Positions 1 to 9,043 of a stretch of 36,743 nucleotides of DNA are shown here, one piece after another. This DNA is from Octopus bimaculoides. Lineage: Eukaryota. The stretch spans positions 69,316,214-69,352,956 of the forward strand of contig NC_068981.1 in NCBI RefSeq assembly GCF_001194135.2, read 5' to 3'. Every line of letters starts with the position of its first letter. Position 1 is the stretch's first letter. The notes under the pieces were generated by a model that did no database searches, was not told the origin of the DNA, and was given only the letters and a program-made list of their open reading frames with translations. Made by a program: the position numbers and the translations under genes.

Positions 1-401
1 TTGGTTTTTCGTCCCACCAATGTAAGATCTAGTTTGGCTGTTTGTTTGTACGTCACATTGGTAAACTATATTTTCGGTCTTGCATCTATTGGAGAAATTA
101 AATTTATTCCTATCTCTACAGCCACATAGGTTGTAAGGGGTGTCTATGTCTGTGTGTTTTTGTGTGGCCCTATTGTTATTTTTTTGGGGTGTGCGTCCCT
201 CCTGGTAAGGGGTGTTGGATTAGGGTTGGAGTTAGTTCTATTATTTGGAGGGTTGTTGATTTGGTTGTTAATGGTGTTTCTAGCTGTATAGAATGCGTCT
301 AATTTCTTATTATTAATAGATGCTATTATGGTAGCTAAGTTGCATGTCAGGCTGTGGCCTATTTTTATTTTGTTCTTAAATATTTCTGCGTATTTATTGA
401 A
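1..401 (-). mobile_element. Penelope-like element fragment: RT-EN linker and N-terminal half of the GIY-YIG endonuclease (frameshifted; runs off the window start)
   Basis: Hand translation of the minus strand from 401 gives FNKYAEIFKNKIKIGHSLTCNLATIIASINNKKL, resembling the PLE post-thumb motif KIFNRNTxKxSYSCxxNxxxIIxxHNKK. After a frameshift near the T-run at ~180-186 it reads CGCRDRNKFNFSNRCKTENIVYQCDVQTNSQTRSYIGGTKNQ, with IVY at 69-61 and YIG at 24-16. Confidence 0.88.
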
Positions 402-1005
402 TATATATATATGAAATTTTTAAAGAGGACAGGGCAAACATCTCAAGTAATATACATCGTTATTAGTGAGAAAAATTCAAAGTCTTACACCTGTTTCTAG
501 GATATCCCGTGTATGGGATATTGTGTCAACAGAGAAAAATAGGGGAAGCTAGGGAAAATGGGAAGGGCGTATATTAATGAAATGATGACATAGAGGAAGA
601 GAGTAAAAGAATAAGGAGATGTGAGAGAGAGAAGACAGAAGCACAAAATTTCATAGTTTAACTTTCCGTCGTTGTAGAAACAAGTCTTTGGTGCAATCCT
701 GCGTAGGTCTATGTGGGGTAAAATCCAAATATTGGAAACATTTGGAGAAAAAATACTCGAATATATCAACGTTCAATGACAGATTGACTTTGATTTTTTT
801 TCCAATAATAATAATGTATATGACTTCAGATGTTTGCTTTGCCTTAACGTTTGTTGACCACCTTAACAATTACATATCCACTGCATTGGAAATCTGCAAT
901 GGCTCCATAACTACCGTCTAGGCTATAACCTTGGAGCCGTAGTAATCCGTTACGGCAGTTACCTAGCGTATTTAATTGTTTAGATCACCGGTGAACTAAA
1001 TTCCC

Positions 1006-1051
<46 letters not shown>

Positions 1052-1300
1052 NNNNNNNNNNNNNNNNNNNNNNNNNNNNNNNNNNNNNNNNNNNNNNNNN
1101 NNNNNNNNNNNNNNNNNNNNNNNNNNNNNNNNNNNNNNNNNNNNNNNNNNNNNNNNNNNNNNNNNNNNNNNNNNNNNNNNNNNNNNNNNNNNNNNNNNNN
1201 NNNNNNNNNNNNNNNNNNNNNNNNNNNNNNNNNNNNNNNNNNNNNNNNNNNNNNNNNNNNNNNNNNNNNTATATGTATGTATGTATGTATGTATATACGG

Positions 1301-2072
1301 ATTTGGAAAAATAATAAGTTAGTAATAGATTGGTTTAAAGGGATTAGACATAAGCAATACTGCAAATTTACGCAGTTTGATATTGTTGATTTTTACCCAT
1401 CAATATCTAGACCTTTGCTCCTGAAAGCATTACAATGCGCCAAACAGTATGTCAACATCGATAGCTCGGAAATAGATATTACCATACATGCAAGTAAATC
1501 ACTTCTTTTTTATGAGGAATCTACCTGGATTAAAAAGAGTGATGATTCTCTTTTCGATGTACCGATGGGGGCACACGACGGGACTGAGTTTTGTACGCCT
1601 ATAGTAGCTTACATTTTGCACAATCTGGAGCTAGAATTCCCGTTTATAGACGCAGGCTTGTATAAGGATGACGGCCTTATATTCACCCATAATTTCAACG
1701 GCCATGAATTAGATAAACTTAGGAAGGATCTAATTGCTTTCTTCCAAAGGATAGGCTTGCGGATCACAATAGATACTAACCTCAAAAACGTAGATTTCGT
1801 AGATGTAAATTTAGACTTGAACTTAGATAAATTCAAACCTTACCGTAAGCCTGATGATAAACTATCATATTAGCAAAGAATCCAACCATCCGGAAGTTAT
1901 TCTTAGAAACTTAGTTTGTAGCCTAGGTAGGCAAATATCGTCAATTTCTACGGATGAGGCAATATTCCAAAGCGCAGCACCTTATTATAATAGTGCTTTA
2001 AACTATAGTGGATTCTCTGAGAGGATCCAGTACAACCAGTTTAATGCTAACAACAGAACACGTAGAACTATT
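1301..2072 (+). mobile_element. Penelope-like element reverse transcriptase and thumb fragment (5'- and 3'-truncated, one frameshift)
   Basis: ORF 1277-1873 carries WKNNKLVIDWF, QFDIVDFYPSI (motif A), FDVPMGAHDGTEFC (motif B'), GLYKDDGL (catalytic YxDD), DFVDVNLDL and KPYRKPDD. The frame of ORF 1854-2102 continues with ISKESNHP..RQISSIS..IFQSAAPYYNSAL..SGF and ends at RTRRTI, just before the usual WFNPP motif. Confidence 0.95.
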
Positions 2073-2490
2073 AAGGTTTCCTTTGAGTTCTTTTTAAAAT
2101 AGGATGAATCTGTATTGAATTCATATGTTTTATTTCTTTCCTTCATTGCATACCTAAGACCATTTTTTGAAACGACCAATGAAACAGATCCATGTGCTTT
2201 AATTTTATACTAGTTTTGATTGCATCGTCATTTCTCTCCTATTTCTAACAAAACTGTCCGATGAATGGGAACGTGAAATATATATATTAGATAATAAAAC
2301 GAACGGTTCATTCCTGGTACCTTACTAGTGAGGCATGACCACTTTCACAGTGAAATGACACATCTGCATGTCAGACGCCCTGAAACAGTGGTTAAGTATC
2401 CCATCTACGAGGGATCAATGTTAGATGCGTGGAAACAATTGTGATTAAAAGAGCTTCTCATAACTTGCATCTGTATGTATGTATATATAT

Positions 2491-2889
2491 AGGCGCAGGA
2501 GTGGTTGTGTGGTAAGTAGCTTGCTTACCAACCACAAGGTTCCGGGTTCAGTCCCACTGCGTGGCACCTTGGGCTAGTGTCTTCTACTATAGCCTCGGGC
2601 AGACCAAAGCCTCGTGACTGGATTTGGTAGACGGAAACTGAAAGAAGCCTCTCATATATATGTATATATATGTATATATGTGTGTGTGTTCGTGTGTCTG
2701 TGTTTGTCCCCCCCCCCACTATCGCTTGACAACCGATGCTGGCGTGTTTACGTCCCCGTAACTTAACGGTTCGGCAAAAAGAGTCCGATAGAATAAGTAC
2801 TAGGCTTACAAAGAATAAGTCCTGGGCTCGATTTGCTCGACTAAAGGCTGTGCTCAAGCATGGCCGCAGTCAAGTAAAAGTATAAAAGA

Positions 2890-2891
<2 letters not shown>
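2491..2891 (+). mobile_element. tRNA-derived SINE, family 1 (CORE-like; octopus OR-type by recollection), full length with internal microsatellite
   Basis: A-box-like TGGTTGTGTGG (2502-2512) and B-box-like GGTTCAGTCCC (2545-2555). CORE-like segment GGCACCTTGGGCTAGTGTCTT. Internal (TA)/(TG) tract at ~2649-2700. The 3' half is homologous to copies at 7092, 8241 and 15293. Both ends sit in TA repeats. Confidence 0.88.

Positions 2892-2935
<44 letters not shown>
2892..2935. repeat. (TA)n microsatellite
   Basis: Pure AT dinucleotide run directly after the SINE tail. Confidence 0.97.
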
Positions 2936-2938
<3 letters not shown>

Positions 2939-3027
2939 AAATTAAATATTAATTTGACTAATATCAATTTGAAACCAGTGGCTTAACATATTGAAAAAAC
3001 CTGAAGATTCAGAAAACTTATATTAAA

Positions 3028-3364
3028 TACATATAAGTGGGATGACCACTAAGTGGGCAGCCATTATGCTAGTTGTAGACCCCATATGGTCCGACCACTA
3101 ACAACAGATTGTTCTCAAGAAACTTCAGCAAACGCCAGACTGTAAGCGAGGAAGACAAATGAAAAGATACAAAATATAGAGATTAATCAGAAACCCGGTA
3201 TGTAACTAATCCTTATATTTTGTATCTTTTGAGTTATCTTGCTAGCTTACGTTCTGGTGTTTGCTGAATTTTCTTAAGAACAATATTTTCTTAGTGGTCA
3301 GAATATATGGGGTCTACATATAGCAAAATGGATGTCCACTTAGTGGTCATCCCTCTTATATGTA
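3028..3364. mobile_element. Palindromic (foldback) MITE-like element, 158-bp arms and 21-nt spacer
   Basis: 3028-3185 is the reverse complement of 3207-3364, with about 24 mismatches by hand count and no gaps. It begins and ends with TA. The motif GACCACTAA occurs twice per arm. Confidence 0.85.
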
Positions 3365-3559
3365 ATGTGTTGATAGATACATAGATAGGAAAGGAGGAGG
3401 CAGGAAGGGAATGACAAAGGGTATATGATGCATGATGTGTAAGATACAGCCATATTCAAAATAGTATATCGTTTCAATTTTGCTTGTATTCTCACCGATG
3501 TAATTATTTTTAAAATGAAAGAGTATGTATATACAACTGAAAACAATGATAGTAATAGA

Positions 3560-6100
3560 CTTAGAAGAGAAAATAACGTGTCGTACTGTTTAAAGATAAA
3601 CCATGGGAAGAAATGAGAGAGGAAGAGATAGGAGGTGTAAGATCAGTGAAAATCATTAATTCAGGGATATATAAGGAATATACTTAGAGAGATAGAAAGA
3701 GGCAGAGGGACAGGGAACGAGAGAGAGATGTGCAAATGCGTTACATGTTTGAGGAGAGGGCATGGGAGGAAGTGAGATGGACAATTACGCTTTTTATAAT
3801 TTGAATATGAGTAGTAACGAGGAATCAGTATAAGGCAGCAGAAAACATTTAGAAACGGAAGGAAAGATGAGAGCACTGCGCGTTAGAAAGAATGAGTAGA
3901 TATCATGAAAGTTTGAATTGTGTGAGAAAATGAAAATGAAAGTATGAGAAAGCGAGTTACGAGTAGAGAGATATACAGAAAACAAGGGAAGCATGTTGAG
4001 TTTATGATGGAATTATGTTAGAAGAAATGAGAAAAGTTGGAGGCTTGCGTGAGTGAGTGAGAGAGTGAGTGGGTGAGTGAGTAAGTGAGTGAGTGAGGGA
4101 GGGAGGGAGGGAGGGNNNNNNNNNNNNNNNNNNNNNNNNNNNNNNNNNNNNNNNNNNNNNNNNNNNNNNNNNNNNGGGAGTTAGTGAGAGAGAGACAGAG
4201 AGACAGATGGGAAAAGAATTGGAGGAGAAAAATAATAGATATATGAAATACAATCGGGGAGAAAAGAATGAAGAAAGATTGTAGTGCATCAGAGAGTGCG
4301 AAAGGTACTGTGCTTAGTTAATGAACAATGAGTGAGTGAATGACTAAGATAAAGAGACTGAACTGGGGAAGTTAAGAGCATTTTGCGTCATGCAGAATGA
4401 GAGATGGAAGAACGATGTATTTTAGGTAATGAGCAAGAGACGAAACTAAGAGAGCTACAGAGAGAGAGAGATGGAGAGAGAAAGAGAACGAGAGAGAGAA
4501 AGAGAACGAGGGAGAGAAAGAGAACGAGAGAGCGAAAGAGAACGAAAGAGAGAGAAAGAGAACGAGACAGAGAAAGAGAACGAGAGAGAGAAAGAGAACG
4601 AAAGAGAGAGAAAGAGAACGAGAGAGAGAAAGAGAACGAGGGAGAGAAAGAGAACGTGAGAGAGAAAGAGAACGAGAGAGAGAAAGAGAACGAGAGACAG
4701 AAAGAGAACGAGAGAGAGAAAGACAAACTGGGAGAAAGAGAAACTGATACAGAGAAAATGAGAGAATAGAGACAAAGAGTGAGAGAGAGAGAGAGAGAGA
4801 GAGGAGAGAAAGAAGTAAAGATGAGTGATAAGAGAAGTAGCAGAGTATGCTTATAAACAGCATTAAGGGGATCTCGAGTTGGGTAGAGTAAGGAGCGAGG
4901 TAGAGGAGGCAGTGGATATGGACGTGAAAATATGTATGTGTCAGAAAAAAAGATGAGAGAACGAGAAGAGAATGCAGGAATGAGAAAGGAAAATAGTGAG
5001 AGAGAGAAAGAGAGAGACAGAGAGAGAGGGGGGAGTGGAAGAGAAAAGAGAGAAAAGGAAGAGTGGGAAAAAGCCGAGGTAGGAATTAGAGCACACTACG
5101 TCAAAAATAAGGAGAGAATAGTGAGAGTTGCTCAACCATTGAATTTAAAAGAAAGTATTAGTGGGAGACAGAGAGATTGGTAAAGCAAAAGGAGAAAGGA
5201 TGATTATAAGGGTAGGAAAAGGAGAGCGTTGGCGTTTATAAGAATGTATGAGAATGACAGAGCGAAGAATAGGAGAGAGAAAGAAAGAAAGAGTGAAGAA
5301 GTGAAATATATTAAGTAAGTGACGTGGGCAAAAGTCCCATCGTAATAACTATGATGGGACTGAAAATATAATAGTGTCATAGCATAATGAGGAGTAGGCT
5401 ATGTTTGAAAAGACTAGTGAGTGGATGAGAAGATAACAAAACGATAATGAAAGATGAAGCATAAAGCTGTATGTTTGAAAGGAATTTGAAAAAGTGGCCG
5501 ATTAAAGGAACAACGAATACATTTCAAAACTATATTTTTGACAGTAAAAAAAAAAAAAATGCGGTTGGCTATAAGAACGGTTGGATCGACGAAATCACAG
5601 CTGTATATACCGGAGGCATGTTGATACTGAGAAATGGAAGAGAATAAAAGAATACATAAAAGAGCAAATGAATGAATGTATGAGTGAATGAATGAAGTAT
5701 AGAAGGAAGGTAAGATTAAATGCAGTAGGAAGACTATAGTTAGATGAAAGGTGAAAGGAACATCTAAACTGGAAGAAATGACAGCGTTTTAGAAAGGGAA
5801 GAGAACAAGGGAGTGGGGTTGGGGAGGGAGAGAGAGAAGGGATAGAGAGATAGGGTGGAAAGTGTGTGGAGAGGAAGAGAGAGAGGGAGAGATAACGGGA
5901 GAAAATGAGGGCAGAGGAGGAGAGAGAGAAGGGTGACATCGGAAGAGAAAGTGGAGGAATACAGAAAACCGGGAGAGAAGGAGGAGAGAAGGAGAAAGAG
6001 GAGATAGACAGAATGAAAGACGGATGAGAGAAAATGAAGGGCGCCTAATTGTATTGGTGGTGATGGTAGCTTACGTGTCAGAGATGAGGTTGAAGATATG
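3560..6100 (+). repeat. Long purine-rich (GA) low-complexity block
   Basis: The plus strand is dominated by G and A, with (GAGT)n, (GAGG)n and (GA)n runs. Boundaries are approximate. Confidence 0.8.
4481..4718 (+). repeat. Minisatellite, 13 copies of an 18-20 bp unit AAAGAGAACGAGAGAGAG
   Basis: Units counted directly: 11 of 18 bp and 2 of 20 bp, with a constant AAAGAGAACG core. Confidence 0.93.
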
Positions 6101-6561
6101 AATGAAGCGATTATTTGTTTACTAAGATGAACAATATATATATAATGGAAAGCATAAACAAAAACAGAATAATAAAGGAAATACAGAGATGCGTGTATTG
6201 TGGAATGATAGAAGAAAAAGGCAACAGGAGAATTAACTGTAATATTCCGAAGTCATAAGTAGATAGAAGACAGAAGGAAGAAACCCACGGAATGTTAGTG
6301 AGAAGTAAGGGAAGGCGAACGACTGCAGTTCAGCAGTGTGGTGCATTTATAAGGGTGGCAAGGTGGGGTGAGTGTTATATAAAGCAAGAATGCACCAACA
6401 AAATCACGTACATGCACCTAAGCATTTAAATGTATATTTGCGTATATGTGAATCTATATGTATATGTGCATGAATGCTCATGTTCGCGTTTGTATTGTAT
6501 ACAATTATTGTGTGTGAACACTTACACACACACACTTACACACACACACACACACACACAC

Positions 6562-6599
<38 letters not shown>

Positions 6600-6860
6600 C
6601 GTATATGCAATATACTCGTTTTCATTGTTTATCAAAGTGAATGCATGTATGTTTTCTGGATATATTATTATAACTTTTCAAAACCGGTATAGGGCATTTC
6701 CTTTGCACTTTAGATAACACTAAACTAAGCAATCGTATACGTATTTGTGTAAGTATGCACTGTGTATACAAACTCAAGTTAATGTGTATATTTATGTATA
6801 TATAAGGGTGGATGTACGTATTTATTAAAGTCTACACACACACACACACACATACACACC

Positions 6861-6920
<60 letters not shown>

Positions 6921-6953
6921 TATATATGCAGGTAAATATATGCATACATATGC

Positions 6954-7011
<58 letters not shown>

Positions 7012-7091
7012 GTGTATGTATGTATTCTTTAATTTNNNNNNNNNNTGTGTGTGTGTATGTATGTATGTGTGTATGTATGTATTCTTTAATT

Positions 7092-7280
7092 TTTTTCCGT
7101 GATTCTGTCATTTGACTGCGACCATCCTGAAGCACCGCCTTTAGTCGAACAAACTAACCCTAGGACTTATTCTTTATATGCCTAGTACTTATTCTGTCGA
7201 TAGCTTTCACCGAACCATTAAAGTACGGGTACGTAAACACACGAACTTCGGTTGTCAAGCGATGGTGGAGTGTACAAACA
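7092..7280 (-). mobile_element. SINE family 1, 3' half (the 5' half may lie in the following gap)
   Basis: Reverse complement of the 2701-2880 segment (GTCATTTGACTGCG..AGCACCGCCTTTAGTCGAAC..GGACTTATTCTTT..GGTTGTCAAGCGAT). It is followed by the internal (CA)n/(TA)n tract and an N gap. Confidence 0.88.
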
Positions 7281-7298
7281 CACACACACACAGACACA

Positions 7299-7347
<49 letters not shown>

Positions 7348-8240
7348 GTGTATGTGTGTGTGTGTGTTTGTGTATNNNNNNNNNNNNNNNNNNNNNNNNN
7401 NNNNNNNNNNNNNNNNNNNNNNNNNNNNNNNNNNNNNNNNNNNNNNNNNNNNNNNNNNNNNNNNNNNNNNNNNNNNNNNNNNNNNNNNNNNNNNNNNNNN
7501 NNNNNNNNNNNNNNNNNNNNNNNNNNNNNNNNNNNNNNNNNNNNNNNNNNNNNNNNNNNNNNNNNNNNNNNNNNNNNNNNNNNNNNNNNNNNNNNNNNNN
7601 NNNNNNNNNNNNNNNNNNNNNNNNNNNNNNNNNNNNNNNNNNNNNNNNNNNNNNNNNNNNNNNNNNNNNNNNNNNNNNNNNNNNNNNNNNNNNNNNNNNN
7701 NNNNNNNNNNNNNNNNNNNNNNNNNNNNNNNNNNNNNNNNNNNNNNNNNNNNNNNNNNNNNNNNNNNNNNNNNNNNNNNNNNNNNNNNNNNNNNNNNNNN
7801 NNNNNNNNNNNNNNNNNNNNNNNNNNNNNNNNNNNNNNNNNNNNNNNNNNNNNNNNNNNNNNNNNNNNNNNNNNNNNNNNNNNNNNNNNNNNNNNNNNNN
7901 NNNNNNNNNNNNNNNNNNNNNNNNNNNNNNNNNNNNNNNNNNNNNNNNNNNNNNNNNNNNNNNNNNNNNNNNNNNNNNNNNNNNNNNNNNNNNNNNNNNN
8001 NNNNNNNNNNNNNNNNNNNNNNNNNNNNNNNNNNNNNNNNNNNNNNNNNNNNNNNNNNNNNNNNNNNNNNNNNNNNNNNNNNNNNNNNNNNNNNNNNNNN
8101 NNNNNNNNNNNNNNNNNNNNNNNNNNNNNNNNNNNNNNNNNATGTATATATATGTATATATATATTTGCATATTTCCACGCATATATATACATGTATCTA
8201 TGCATGTATATATACGTGTGTGTGTAGTGTCTGTGCATGT

Positions 8241-8456
8241 GTGTCTATGTTCCTACCCCATACAACGACTTGCCAACTGATGTCGGTGTGTTTACACCAC
8301 CGTAAATTAGCTGTTCAGCGAAAGAGATCAATGAATTAAGTACCAGCCTTTACAACATATAAGTAATGAGGTGACACATTCGACGAAAAATCCGCCAAGG
8401 CATGTGTCCCAGCGTGGTTGCAATCTAATGACTGAAAGGAATAAAAGAGAGCAAAA
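8241..8456 (+). mobile_element. SINE family 1, diverged 3' half
   Basis: ACTTGCCAACTGATGTCGGTGTGTTTAC..TAAGTACCAGCC..CCAGCGTGGTTGCAATCTAATGACTGAAA aligns to the 3' half of 2491-2891. Confidence 0.75.
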
Positions 8457-8790
8457 GAAATATATGCATTAATTATTTGGATATACATTCATACATACAT
8501 ACGTACATACGTACATAGAAACATACGTGTATGTATGTATGTATGTATGTATGTAAGCGTTCGTATTGGCGTGGCGAGACAGAGAGTGAGAAAGAAAAAA
8601 GGAGAGAGAGAGAGAGTGAGAGAGATTGAAACAATTGCAAGAAATTGTGGTAAACATTCCAACTTTGTTATAACATTGGACAGACTGATTTGCAGTATTG
8701 TTTATAGCAAATTGCATTACGTGGGATCATAATCCTACAGAACGTATATTCTAATTTGGCGACACTATGTAATGGCGTTATGAACATATA

Positions 8791-9043
8791 CTGGGTGTTC
8801 AAAAAGTGTCTCCGCAGTGAAACTGATATCAGCCCAGGATTCGCTCATACGGCAGTAAAAAAGAAATTAAATTTCTTTCCATACAAAGTGCTGGCTATTC
8901 AAGAATTGAAGAGTACAGAACATGCTAAAAGGCTGCATTATTGTCATTGGTTCTAAAACTTTGTTGCTGAAAAAGCCATAGAAGTGCCGGATGAGTGTTT
9001 TTACACAATTGAGGCTTGGTTTCATCTATCGGGACACAAGAAT
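8791..9043 (+). mobile_element. Internally deleted Tc1/mariner-superfamily element: left TIR plus transposase fragment
   Basis: TA followed by the TIR-like CTGGGTGTTCAAAAAGTGTCTCCGCAG. One frame then reads SETDISPGFAHTAVKKKLNFFPYKVLAIQELKSTEHAKRLHYCHWF*NFV..CFYTIEAWFHLSGHKN, matching LxxxPYKxQxxQEL...FSDEAxFHLSG transposases. It has one stop, and the first catalytic Asp is changed to Ile. Confidence 0.82.

Noticed and set aside
690-830. Weak resemblance to the PLE pre-RT region (NPA..GKI, KILEYIN) on the plus strand
   Set aside because: It needs frameshifts, the motif spacing is off and the CRLIN part is absent. It cannot be told from chance without a profile search.
4481-4718. Regularly spaced AAAGAGAACG repeats resembling a CRISPR array
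   Set aside because: The spacers are 8-10 bp of (GA)n rather than unique sequence, there are no cas genes, and the context is eukaryotic.
4372-4863. Overlapping RE/KE-rich and SL-rich ORFs on both strands
   Set aside because: They are translations of the 18-bp purine minisatellite and (GA)n. Multiple open frames are expected for such repeats.
5333-5361. 12-bp hairpin AGTCCCATCGTA-ATAAC-TATGATGGGACT
   Set aside because: It is isolated, with no CTRR end, U-tract or second copy. A single short hairpin in 36 kb is unremarkable.
6987-7092. ~48-bp direct repeat on either side of the 10-N gap
   Set aside because: Identical sequence flanking a nominal-size gap is the typical sign of unmerged overlapping contig ends, so it is probably an assembly artefact.
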